Source: an uncultured Lentisphaeria bacterium
GTDB taxonomy: Bacteria > Verrucomicrobiota > Lentisphaeria > Victivallales > UBA1829
Reading direction: 5' to 3'
NCBI GenBank assembly: GCA_905197955.1
Contig: CAJKAR010000014.1
Location: 15,465-79,464, forward strand
DNA: 64,000 nucleotides
Shown: positions 36,801 to 45,568 of the stretch, in pieces
How positions within the stretch are numbered: the first letter of the stretch is position 1
Layout: each line of letters starts with the position of its first letter
Made by a program: the position numbers and the translations under genes
The notes under the pieces: generated by a model
Database searches by the model: none
Told to the model about the DNA's origin: nothing
What the model saw: only the letters and a program-made list of their open reading frames with translations

Positions 36801-39359
36801 ATGGCCTGGCCGGAAAAGCTGACTTGTCAATGGAAACTGGAACTGGGAGGAGAGGTCCTTAAACAGGGAAAGGAGGAACGCACCATCCCGCCGGGAGAGA
36901 CGGTTTCCGTTCCGCTGACTTGTTCTCTGCCTTCCGGGACAGAGGACAAACAGGGCGTCCTCACGGTTGAGTTCCTGCGGAATGGAAAACTTCTGCGCAC
37001 GGCTTCCTGTCCGATTGACGTTCTGGCAAAGGAAACGGCTCTGCCTCAATGCCGCATCGGGCTGATTGATCCGGAGTTCCAGACGGCAAAACTGCTGGAC
37101 AAACTTGGCATTCCTTATCGCTTCCTGATGTTCGATGAGGACTTTTCAGGATTTGATCTGATTATTTTCGGGCGTCGGTCCTTCCGTTATGAGAAGAATC
37201 TTCTTCCTGCCGGACTGGATCTCGGGGATCTGCTTCGGAGCGGGAAGAAAATTCTGATTATGGAACAGGATGAGTCTGTGCTGCGGTCCCGGTTCGGCTT
37301 CCGGACGGAATACAGCTCTTCCCGCAACGTGTTCGGACGGCTCCGGAACGGATCGGTTCTTTTGAACGGGCTTCCCGACCGCGTTCTGAATCACTGGCGC
37401 GGGGCCGCCACGTTGACCGATGGATACGCACCTGCGCGGGAGAAAGGGATTCCGCATGTCACGGAACATTTTGGAAATGGAGGTACATGGAACTATCTCT
37501 GGAATGACGGGGAAAAACATCCGCGTCCGATGAAGTGGGGAAATACGCACAATGTTGCAACTGTCACGGTCATCAAGCCCGATACCGGGAACTTCCGCAC
37601 GCTTGTCGACTGCGAGTATGCTCTCAATTATGCCGCAGCATGGGAGTTCGAGTACGGCCGCGGCCGCATTGTTTTCAATCAGCTGGACGTCTGCGGACGG
37701 ACGGAAAACGATCCGGCGGCCGAACGGTATTTCCGCAATCTTCTCTTCCATTCCGCTGCGCCCGGAGTATTTCCGTATCGGCATATCGCATCATCGGAAG
37801 ATGCGGTGCCATTCCTCCGGAAACTGAATATCCCGCTGGAAAAGACGGAATCGCTGAATCCGGAACGGCATCTGTTCATTCTGGGGAAACAGGCGCCTGC
37901 AGGTCTGCATGAGTTTGTCCGCCGCGGGGGAATCGTCTTTTCCCTGCCGAAAACACAGGAGGAACTGAATGCTTTGAACCTGCCGTTTCCAATTACGGTT
38001 CGTTCCTGCATGATGAATCAGGGAGTCCTCGGCAAGACGGTTCATCCGCTTCTGTATGGACTTGCAAATGCGGATTTATTCTGGAAAGGAAATCTGCAGA
38101 TCAACCGGATGGAAAAGATTCCGCAGGGGGGCTTTCTCGGAGCCGATGGAATTCTGGCGGAAATCCCTTACGGGAAAGGGCGTTATATCTTCTGTCAGAT
38201 TTCTCCCGCGATGTTCGGCGATACGGAACTGGACCACTGGCTCCGTCCCTCCGAACGGAGAACAGAACGTCTGATAGCGATGCTTCTGAATAATCTGCAT
38301 GGATGTCTTGCGGAACCTGCTTTCCTGAATTCGCAGGGAGGAAATGGAACATTCGAGCGGCGTGTGGCGCTGGATGGCGAGTGGTTCGTTGCGAAAGGTG
38401 ATCGGCGGGAGGAGAGTGCTCCGCCGGAACAGTCGTCAGTCTGGAGAAGCGTTTCTCTGCCCGTTGACCTTCAGAAAAACATGCAGGACTGGGCTGGACG
38501 CCAGGGACGTTTCTGGTATCGGAAACGCTTTAACTGGAATTATCAGAACAGTCATGTCTATCTGAAAATTGCCTGTATCAGCGGAGAAAACCGGCTCTGG
38601 ATCAACGGAAAGCTGGTCGGAGTAACAAACTCGGAAACCGATGTGAACGCGGTTGCCGTGATTCCGCGAAATTATCCGGTCCCTCCGGAGGCCCTGCGGA
38701 AAGGGTCAAATGAGATCCTGATCTGTGTGGACTATGAAACGGATGCCGCTCTCGGATTGAATGGCAGTACTGGAAATATCCTGTTCCCGTTTGAGTTTCA
38801 TCTTTTCTCCGGAGATCGGGAAGAGAAGGAGCTTGCGGATCTGGACCTGACCGGAAAAGAGGGATGGCGCATTCAGAAAGTTTCCGGCCCCTCGGAAGCA
38901 TGGCAGATGGAGAAAAGCGTCTCGTTGGAAATTCCGTGTACCGTTCAGAGTCGTTTGCCGGAATGGGGCGGAAAAGCCGGCTGGTTCCGAATTGTACGCG
39001 AGGTCCAGCTGCCGGCATTCTCCGCTTCCGGAACCGCGCCGGCACTTCTGATCGGGGCTGTCGATGACGAAGATATCGTGTTTGTCAACGGGGTGGAGAT
39101 CGGACGGACCACGCGCAAAACAAATCCTGCCGACTACTGGAAGGCAATGCGCCGCTATCCGATTCCTCCCGGACTGCTGAAAAACGGAATCAACAGAATC
39201 GAAATTCTGCTTCACGATTTCAACGGCAGCGGCAGTATTGCCGCTCCGGTAAAACTTCTCTTCCGTTCGGAGGAACAGAAACGGAAGGAATTCCTTCGGA
39301 ATGGATATCTCCATCCTGTTGGCCGGGCGGAGGATCCCTACTGGCATCATGGCTTCTGA
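33849..39359 (+). CDS. Giant secreted multidomain glycosidase-like protein (1836 aa) with three GH2-type sugar-binding/jelly-roll modules
   Basis: Signal peptide MALLKICMMSVMALVLVGAVSGAQ. There are three copies of the GH2 N-terminal-like pattern: GWYRQKTTLPRAWRGKRIRLLIDVPQTVAAVFLNGRHGG, FWYRKRFNW...LKIACISGENRLWINGKLVG and GWFRIVREVQLP...LLIGAVDDEDIVFVNGVEIG. AAAGGAGAG lies upstream of ATG 33849. Confidence 0.6.
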   Translation: MALLKICMMSVMALVLVGAVSGAQVCHFDSPGEIGSFLKRKNPEAFFESGTKAAGAGALKASGFSRTFRPEEKISKVTFYIYDDTFSARKTEFNTLQIRFARTDNSKERISLWQLIKGKSGWQLRYTEANGIRRFFRLTEAPSHGGWLRVDIVKSAEGRAPCVIALDGHEIVRTFEPYDRIHSAGGSGFPFYDEFYAGPENTFRLNAVAAILPDNRYGAAALKPEEKLTVKLKAGRKLEPGESITLNLLNGRAEVVRSVKGVPPVRNGEMTMALNSPPRSGSYILETRTGRSGEAPEVTRRSIEIQFLNPEFHSSAQSAPIRLSDACWDFLPQGSFNPRIHPLTLQEPEKGIFQMPEQVPADWSSAKSIRGEWMNLADHFKIGQSWYAGWYRQKTTLPRAWRGKRIRLLIDVPQTVAAVFLNGRHGGVLEWPGGVLDVTDAVRPGKENEIAIHVQANPLHGYYKVAREILGSSFRPPLPAWRGLPGDVVLFTESKTGSLEHVSIRPSVREKRLDAVFDCTGLTPGKRYTLRCSVSAAGKTVRSFSDRTFTAGEEQETIRLSTEWKNPLFWELGRPYLYDLDAVLLNADGTVSDTLWPERFGFREVWTENSLLFLNGRKLTLFDDNGIIAPVPESVSLQESFGFTSFYHYLGIRDARRLDEAGLSSGRDYSFLPIARIATQLASAGKIGDSRFWKTAESIIRHQVRRRENHPAIFFHYGPMGGGMARNGGAYNPMFQNGTWFNRNEGKEPYASMISAARRIYSLVRKNDPGRLVVAQDSGSLNDTMMITEYRGFQPLQEMIEIGAFWRKIASKPFFISEEAAPFQANWTDACAQGKGWNGVPCLHEWAAITDGDSAMIRTENDNRQLASLEQSVRTRREKLPKNDRSGWMRIRMTSSMGSGGLNARAEKITADRTRTQVFFWRADHLGLLNFQYIPRFPGRNALIAEVQAPVTGFLAGTSKSKTAQDHIFRPGEQFDRIAILLNNMAWPEKLTCQWKLELGGEVLKQGKEERTIPPGETVSVPLTCSLPSGTEDKQGVLTVEFLRNGKLLRTASCPIDVLAKETALPQCRIGLIDPEFQTAKLLDKLGIPYRFLMFDEDFSGFDLIIFGRRSFRYEKNLLPAGLDLGDLLRSGKKILIMEQDESVLRSRFGFRTEYSSSRNVFGRLRNGSVLLNGLPDRVLNHWRGAATLTDGYAPAREKGIPHVTEHFGNGGTWNYLWNDGEKHPRPMKWGNTHNVATVTVIKPDTGNFRTLVDCEYALNYAAAWEFEYGRGRIVFNQLDVCGRTENDPAAERYFRNLLFHSAAPGVFPYRHIASSEDAVPFLRKLNIPLEKTESLNPERHLFILGKQAPAGLHEFVRRGGIVFSLPKTQEELNALNLPFPITVRSCMMNQGVLGKTVHPLLYGLANADLFWKGNLQINRMEKIPQGGFLGADGILAEIPYGKGRYIFCQISPAMFGDTELDHWLRPSERRTERLIAMLLNNLHGCLAEPAFLNSQGGNGTFERRVALDGEWFVAKGDRREESAPPEQSSVWRSVSLPVDLQKNMQDWAGRQGRFWYRKRFNWNYQNSHVYLKIACISGENRLWINGKLVGVTNSETDVNAVAVIPRNYPVPPEALRKGSNEILICVDYETDAALGLNGSTGNILFPFEFHLFSGDREEKELADLDLTGKEGWRIQKVSGPSEAWQMEKSVSLEIPCTVQSRLPEWGGKAGWFRIVREVQLPAFSASGTAPALLIGAVDDEDIVFVNGVEIGRTTRKTNPADYWKAMRRYPIPPGLLKNGINRIEILLHDFNGSGSIAAPVKLLFRSEEQKRKEFLRNGYLHPVGRAEDPYWHHGF

Positions 39360-39982
39360 TTCCATGCTTTAAGGAAGTTTCCGCTCTGAAACAAAACGTT
39401 GCGGCGGTGGAAGAATTCTGCAGTCGATTCTTCAATCGCCGCCTGTTTCCGTTTACAGCCTGAGTGCTGATCGGCTGATTTCTCCTGATTGCGGTGACTT
39501 CCTGCTGTGTTTTTTCTGGCTTTGCAATGGGGGGAACACTTAAATGTCTTTTCTGTTTTTTATCATACCTGGCTTGTTCCTCTGATTGTCCCTATTTTTC
39601 TGATAATGATTCTGAACGTGCCGGATGTTTGAAATCTTCCATGATTTTTCAAACGTTTTCAAAGTATAAAAGATCATAAGACAGGCACTTCCGATTCTTT
39701 CAGAAAGAGTTTTCTGACAGGACAAAAGATTTCTGGAAAAATATCGGAAACTCTCCCGCGTCAACCCCTGTTTCCGATTTGATTGCTTCCTTTCCGAGAG
39801 TTGGATGATTCGCGGATTCAGGTAGAAAAACAGATGTTTTCATCCAGATAACCTTCGTTTTCCGCATTCCTCAAATTCCAGGAGACATCATGCCGGTCTG
39901 CGGGGGAAAACAGGCTTCGGGCTGATTTTTCCAAACTTCATTCAGGAATGATTAGATTTCTGTTTCGTTTTTGCACCCTGTC

Positions 39983-40011
39983 TTGATTCTTTTTCCGCGT
40001 CTGGATATATT
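39983..40011 (+). promoter_or_regulatory. Candidate sigma70 promoter of the 40188 ABC-importer operon
   Basis: TTGATT (39983-39988), 17 nt, TATATT (40006-40011). It is immediately followed or overlapped by a LacI-type palindrome. Confidence 0.5.
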
Positions 40012-40024
40012 ACAAACGTTTGCA
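40011..40024. promoter_or_regulatory. LacI-family operator-like palindrome
   Basis: TACAAACGTTTGCA is a 14-mer centred on CG with 6 of 7 symmetric pairs (CAAACGTTTG is a perfect 10-bp palindrome). It matches the generic TGnAAnCGnTTnCA pattern and overlaps the -10/+1 region. Confidence 0.5.
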
Positions 40025-40187
40025 ATCCATAGGACATGAACAACGGAACCAAAGAACAGGGAGAATGGACTCAGCGATAGCAGGAACAAATCAATGACCG
40101 TAAAGAATCTCAGCAAACATGACAGTCAGGATAAGAAACAAATCATCAGAGAAACCTGAAGAAGAATCAAAAAGCAAGGATTGAATT

Positions 40188-40991
40188 ATGAAAACTTTTT
40201 ACAGGAAACAAACAAGTATATTTCAGGTGGTAAAATTCACGCTTATAGAACTTCTAGTTGTAATTGCAATTATTGCAGTTCTGGCATCTATGCTTCTTCC
40301 GGCTTTGACAAAGGTCCGGAAAAAGGTGATTGCAACGGCTTGCAGCAGCAATTTAAAACAGGCAGGAGCGGCATATCATTCCTATGCGGTGGACTGGGAT
40401 GACTGGTTCCCGAAAATGGGACAGGATCAGGGGTCCCGGATTCGTAAAAGCGGGGTGGATTCCATTCAGGCATTCAAACCATATATTGTAAATTACAAAG
40501 TATGGAACTGTCCGGCATACGGAGCTCTGCCTGCCATTGATGATCCGGTCAACAACAACGGGCACATGTATGGAACATATCTTTCCCCGGTTCGAGTGGA
40601 TGTCGCTACGCGCAGCGGAATCGATTACAGAGGAAAATTTGCGCAGAGAGCATCGGATAATCCTGTGTTCACGGTACTGGTGATGGATCAGATGATCCGT
40701 TATGCCAATGGCAGATGCTATACCAATCATACCGGCGGCGGAACTCTGAGATATTATAACGCGGCAAAAAATCCGACCGGAGTCTGGATGGAAACCTATC
40801 TGCAGGCGGGAGATCCGGATGGATTCAATTATGTGGCGCTCGACGGACATGCCGCATGGATCTCATGGCCGAAGGGATATATGAGTTACGATCATCGGGA
40901 ATTCACCATGTATTCCGATTCCACGAATCGCTCGACTTATATTCCCAACAACCGTCATTTGACCTTTGAAGACATTCAGGCTTCACGCTGA
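40188..40991 (+). CDS. Prepilin-type N-terminal cleavage/methylation domain protein (degenerate H-X9-DG family)
   Basis: [31 protein letters not shown]; the C-terminal motif is ...[10 protein letters not shown]. Confidence 0.8.
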   Translation: MKTFYRKQTSIFQVVKFTLIELLVVIAIIAVLASMLLPALTKVRKKVIATACSSNLKQAGAAYHSYAVDWDDWFPKMGQDQGSRIRKSGVDSIQAFKPYIVNYKVWNCPAYGALPAIDDPVNNNGHMYGTYLSPVRVDVATRSGIDYRGKFAQRASDNPVFTVLVMDQMIRYANGRCYTNHTGGGTLRYYNAAKNPTGVWMETYLQAGDPDGFNYVALDGHAAWISWPKGYMSYDHREFTMYSDSTNRSTYIPNNRHLTFEDIQASR

Positions 40992-41020
40992 AAACACAAT
41001 AGGTCGGAAAGAGTAAAAAC

Positions 41021-43795
41021 ATGAAAAAGCTGCAAATCTTTCTGAACAATCTGATCCGGGGCCGGAATCTTCTGTGTTCATGGTATGCTTGTTACAGAAA
41101 TTCGTTCACTTTTCAGGTTCTGTTCTGGATCACTCTTGCAGGAATTGCAGTGTTTTTACTCTATCCGGGGCGTGACAGGGATACGCAGGGGCGTCAGGAT
41201 ATCGTCCTCTGGGTGCCGCGTGCCGCAGGGGATCAGGTCAAGGCGTGTGTGGAGGAGTTTGAGCTTCGCTATCCGCAATACCGGGTTCGCATCGGATCCG
41301 CAACGGTTCGGGATTCGGTTGGGGATCCCACGCGCTTTTTGCTCGGTGTCGCCGGGGGTGTTCCGCCGGATCTGATCCATTTCGATCGCTTCGCCATCGT
41401 GGAATGGGCGGGACGGGGGGCTTTTCATCCGTTGAACGATTTCCTGGAACGGGAGAAGGGGAAAGCGGATGCGATCCGGAGAGAAAATTATGTTTCCGCT
41501 GCATGGGAGGAGGTCGAGTATCGGGGAAAACTGTATGCCGTGCCCGACAGCGTGGATACCCGCGCTCTTTATTATGATCGCGATGCTTTGCTTCGAGCCG
41601 GACTGGTATACAAGCCGGAGGATCCTGAGGTCAGAAGCGGGATTGCACGTGCCGGAGAGGTGCGTCCGCCCGCAACCTGGGAGGAACTCTGCCGGAAACG
41701 ACTGGATCTCACAGCTTCCGTTGCTGCGGATGGAAGTATCACATTCGACACCCCTCTCGACGGAAGCCGGAACCGGATTCAGGAAAATGACGTGATCTGT
41801 CTTTTTTCCCGTCAGAACCGGAGTCGCATTTTCCGTGCCCGGATCGGGAAAATCAGGGATTCCCGTACTGTTCAGGTCGATTTCCGCCGGGAACTGCCGC
41901 CGGGGGTGAACCGGATTCCGGAGGCGTTTCTGGGAAGAAACAGAATCAAGGTGTTTGACCGTGATTCCTATGTCGTCAGACTCACCCGCTTTGACGAGGA
42001 AAACGGAACAATGAAAACCGCCGGCTTTCTGCCTCTTTTCGGGAACAGCTGGCTCTATTTGTATGGCTGGCTCAATGGCGGAGAATTCATGAGCGCCGAT
42101 GGAACCCGATGTACGCTGGACGAACCGCGTGTGGTTTCCGCTCTTGAGTATATTACCGATGTATATGATTGCATGGGGGGAATGGAGGAGGCCAGAATTT
42201 TTCAAATGTCCGGTCTCGGTTCCTCCATGCTCGATTTGTTCCTGAGCCGCAGAATCGCGATGAAGATCGACGGCTCCTGGTTTATGAAAACCATCTGTGC
42301 CTATAAGCCCGAATTGAATTTCGGCATCGCTCCGCCGCCGCTTCCGGAAAAACGGCGGAACGCCGGTGCACAATCCCTTACCTGGATGGGCGGATGGGCG
42401 TATGCCATCCCGGCAACTGCCAAAAACAAGGAGGGGGCATGGCTGCTTCTGAAATGGCTCTGTTCACTGGAAAGCGACCGGATCGGGACAGGTTTTGCCA
42501 GTTCCGCCGCAAATTCCAAAGGACAGGTGTATCTTCCGGAACTGAGCGCGGATATCCGTTTTAATCGTCGGCGCTGTGAGGAGTATGTCAAAAATTCCAT
42601 CTTCCTTTCTGAAAATCTGAAACAGGCCTATACGGCATTTCTCGCGACCTTGAAATCCAGCCGGTTCCGTCCGGTGACTCCGGTCGGTCAGAAACTCTGG
42701 AATGAACAGAGCCGTGCAACGGAACTGGCCACCGGTCACGCCATGTCCGCTCAGGAAGCTCTTTCCCATGGCCGGACACGGGTGCAGAATGCTCTGGATA
42801 AAATTCTCCAGCCGCCGGCAGGGGGACGGATCGCCTGGCACACTCTGATCGGAATTTATGTGCTCTGCCTTGCGGGGGGAGGTGTTTTTCTCTTCTGCCG
42901 GAGCAGAAAAAGGGAACAGAAGAGTCTTCTGCATCATCGCTGGTTCGCGGGATATCTCTGTATCTCTCCATGGCTGATCGGGTTTCTGACATTCGGGGCG
43001 GGGGGATTCCTTTTTTCCATTATCATCAGTTTTTCCAGTTATGATATTCTCTCGCCTGCGCGCTTCACAGGACTGGAGAATTACCGGAATCTTTTTTCCG
43101 ATCCGATCTTCTGGCTCAGCATTCGGAACACCTGTTTTATGATCCTGTCTGTTCCGCTTGGAATTGCGGTTGGAATTGGTCTGGCACTGCTGCTGAACCA
43201 CTCTTTGAAAGGGATCCGGCTGTACCGGACTCTCTTCTATCTGCCGGCTGTTGTTCCGATGGTGGCTGCACTGCTGCTTTGGATGAAGATATTTGATCCG
43301 AACATCGGTTTTCTGAATCAGTTTTTGAGAGCTCTCGGAGTGGAGGAGCCGCCTTCCTGGTTGACTTCTCCGGTCTGGGCGAAGCCTTCGATTATTATCA
43401 TGGGACTCTGGAATGTCGGAGGAAGCATGGTCATCTGGCTTGCCGGATTGAAAAATATTCCGGAATCCTTATACGAGGCGGCAGCCATGGATGGAGCTGG
43501 AGCATTCAGCCGCTTCCGTCATATCACACTGCCGCTGCTGACCCCTTATATTTTCTTCAATCTGATTATGGGGATGATCGGTGTCTTCCAGATCTTTGAA
43601 CAGGCATACATCATGACCAGCGGCGGACCCGAGGATGCCACGTTGTTTTATGCCTATAAACTCTTCAATGAAGCATTCCGCTATCTGAACTTCGGAACGG
43701 CCGGAGCGATGGCATGGATGATGTTCCTTGTCATTCTGGCAATTACCTGGATTAATTTCCTCCTTGGGAAAAAATGGGTCCATTACGGCGATTGA
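41021..43795 (+). CDS. Fusion of an extracytoplasmic solute-binding protein with a carbohydrate-type ABC permease (MalF/UgpA-like)
   Basis: 924 aa: an N-terminal TM anchor, an SBP-like domain of about 550 aa (...LWVPRAAGDQ..., ...YAVPDSVDTRALYYDRDAL..., ...MKIDGSWF...), then a 6-TM permease with the EAA loop LYEAAAMDGAGAFSRFRHITLPLL. Confidence 0.7.
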   Translation: MKKLQIFLNNLIRGRNLLCSWYACYRNSFTFQVLFWITLAGIAVFLLYPGRDRDTQGRQDIVLWVPRAAGDQVKACVEEFELRYPQYRVRIGSATVRDSVGDPTRFLLGVAGGVPPDLIHFDRFAIVEWAGRGAFHPLNDFLEREKGKADAIRRENYVSAAWEEVEYRGKLYAVPDSVDTRALYYDRDALLRAGLVYKPEDPEVRSGIARAGEVRPPATWEELCRKRLDLTASVAADGSITFDTPLDGSRNRIQENDVICLFSRQNRSRIFRARIGKIRDSRTVQVDFRRELPPGVNRIPEAFLGRNRIKVFDRDSYVVRLTRFDEENGTMKTAGFLPLFGNSWLYLYGWLNGGEFMSADGTRCTLDEPRVVSALEYITDVYDCMGGMEEARIFQMSGLGSSMLDLFLSRRIAMKIDGSWFMKTICAYKPELNFGIAPPPLPEKRRNAGAQSLTWMGGWAYAIPATAKNKEGAWLLLKWLCSLESDRIGTGFASSAANSKGQVYLPELSADIRFNRRRCEEYVKNSIFLSENLKQAYTAFLATLKSSRFRPVTPVGQKLWNEQSRATELATGHAMSAQEALSHGRTRVQNALDKILQPPAGGRIAWHTLIGIYVLCLAGGGVFLFCRSRKREQKSLLHHRWFAGYLCISPWLIGFLTFGAGGFLFSIIISFSSYDILSPARFTGLENYRNLFSDPIFWLSIRNTCFMILSVPLGIAVGIGLALLLNHSLKGIRLYRTLFYLPAVVPMVAALLLWMKIFDPNIGFLNQFLRALGVEEPPSWLTSPVWAKPSIIIMGLWNVGGSMVIWLAGLKNIPESLYEAAAMDGAGAFSRFRHITLPLLTPYIFFNLIMGMIGVFQIFEQAYIMTSGGPEDATLFYAYKLFNEAFRYLNFGTAGAMAWMMFLVILAITWINFLLGKKWVHYGD

Positions 43796-43809
43796 ACAGG
43801 AGGTGTCTG

Positions 43810-45546
43810 ATGATGGAACAATCAAAAAAACTGCTGCCGCGCCTTGTACTGCACCTTTTCCTGATCACATTCAGCCTGGTTTTTCTCTTTCCTTTTCTAT
43901 GGATGATTTGCGGAAGCATGAAATTGAGGGAGGAGATGGCCGGTGAAAAAAGCCGTCTGTTGCCGGCAGCTCCGCGGGTCGTCGGGAAAACTCCATATTT
44001 CCGCTCAGGAACCGATTCGGTTGCGGATGTGCCGGAAGATATCCCGGAAGCCGTCTGGAAGAGGGTCCTGCCGGAGCTCGAAGAACGGATTCAGGCGGAG
44101 ATGAAGAGCTGGAAGCCGTCTCTTCCCGGAGAAAAAATTCCGATGGATCTTTCGTTCTCCAGGGACGGGGAGTGGCAGCCGGTCATGGTCCGGGAAATCA
44201 TTCGGATCCTCAGCAGCAGAATCAGCGACCGGGCCCGCAATGCCGCGTTCAATGCCGTGAAAAATTCCGCGGCAGCCGGCCAGATCCCGGCAGATGGGAT
44301 TGAAATGGGAAAAAAGGCGGTGCTGGAGGAGGTCGGAACGATTTTGACAACGGAGATTTATGAAAATGCATTCAACAGAATCTTTCAGCGGATTTGTCTG
44401 GGAGAAGTGAAATTCCGGGTGGATCACCGGATTCAGAAAAGTTCATCGGAAGCCGGATGGAAGGTGATCGAGGGAGAGGCTTCTCTGATAAACCGGAATT
44501 TCAACAACAGCATCTATCAGCTGGTGAATCTGGATTACCGGCGTTCCCCTCAAGTCTGCTTTGCCTATGCGCCGGAGACGGTGCCGGAAAAAGTCGACCG
44601 GATTTATCTGAGCCTTCGCGGAGATGCCGCCTGGAGCCGGATCTTCTTTGAAGTCATTTGCAACGGCAGACGCTACCGGACTGACGAAGCTATCCAGTTT
44701 TCCGGATCAGAATGGTTTGAAACCACCTTGCTTCCGGATTCCGGCAATATCCGGTCCGGGACATCCGGGGGAATCCAGCTTTATGAGTCCGGCCCGGCTC
44801 CGGAGAATGCCCCCTCGTTCGAAATCCGTATGTATATCCGGAAGAACTCGCAGTGGGGCGCCTGGGTGGACAAGGCTTTGCGGAATTATCGGATCGTATT
44901 CAAGGAGCTGCCGTTTGCCAGATATATCATGACAAGTTTTGCCCTGTGCATTCTGAATATTGTGCTGACTGTTTTTTCCTGCACCTTTGCTGCCTACGGA
45001 TTTTCCAGGCTCGAATGGTTCGGGCGGGATTTCTTCTTCGGCGTGATGATCGCCACGATGATGATTCCTCAGCAGGTGCTGATGCTGCCGAACTTTCTGA
45101 TCAACCGGGAACTGGGATTCTATAATACCTTGATTCCGCTCTGGCTCTACTCCGCATTCGGGAATGCGTTCTTCATCTTTCTGCTTCGTCAGTTCATGAA
45201 GACGATCCCGAAGAGTCTGGAGGAGGCCGCCATGATGGATGGCTGTGGTTTTCTGGGAATCTACTGGCATGTGATTCTGCCGCTGCTGAAACCGACGATT
45301 GCCACAATCTCCATTTTCACCTTTACCGGCTGCTGGAATAATTTCATGGGACCGCTGATTTATGTGAACGATGAGGCACTTTTTCCTCTGGCTCTGGGAT
45401 TGTTCAAGTTCAATCTGGTCAGCGGTTCCGATACCGGACTGATGATGGCCGGATCGTTCCTGATGACTCTGCCGGTGATCATTCTGTTCTTTTTCGCTCA
45501 GAAATATTTTATTCAGGGAATTACCCTTACAGGAAATAAAGAATAA
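43810..45546 (+). CDS. Carbohydrate ABC permease (MalG-like) with an extracytoplasmic insertion of about 330 aa after TM1
   Basis: TM1 is LVLHLFLITFSLVFLFPFLWMI; then a hydrophilic stretch of about 330 aa; then the TM core with the EAA loop LEEAAMMDGCGFLGIYWHVILPLLKP. AGGAGG lies 7 nt upstream of ATG 43810. Confidence 0.75.
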   Translation: MMEQSKKLLPRLVLHLFLITFSLVFLFPFLWMICGSMKLREEMAGEKSRLLPAAPRVVGKTPYFRSGTDSVADVPEDIPEAVWKRVLPELEERIQAEMKSWKPSLPGEKIPMDLSFSRDGEWQPVMVREIIRILSSRISDRARNAAFNAVKNSAAAGQIPADGIEMGKKAVLEEVGTILTTEIYENAFNRIFQRICLGEVKFRVDHRIQKSSSEAGWKVIEGEASLINRNFNNSIYQLVNLDYRRSPQVCFAYAPETVPEKVDRIYLSLRGDAAWSRIFFEVICNGRRYRTDEAIQFSGSEWFETTLLPDSGNIRSGTSGGIQLYESGPAPENAPSFEIRMYIRKNSQWGAWVDKALRNYRIVFKELPFARYIMTSFALCILNIVLTVFSCTFAAYGFSRLEWFGRDFFFGVMIATMMIPQQVLMLPNFLINRELGFYNTLIPLWLYSAFGNAFFIFLLRQFMKTIPKSLEEAAMMDGCGFLGIYWHVILPLLKPTIATISIFTFTGCWNNFMGPLIYVNDEALFPLALGLFKFNLVSGSDTGLMMAGSFLMTLPVIILFFFAQKYFIQGITLTGNKE

Positions 45547-45568
45547 CAAAAAAGGAAAGGAAATCCAG

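Noticed and set aside
39494-39679. A 61-aa Cys-rich ORF (GTG start) in the 828-bp spacer upstream of the ABC operon, considered as another small peptide gene.
   Set aside because: It has no SD, a GTG start, no leader-like motif and no neighbouring maturase. The composition shifts to AT-rich non-coding DNA midway. It is probably fortuitous.
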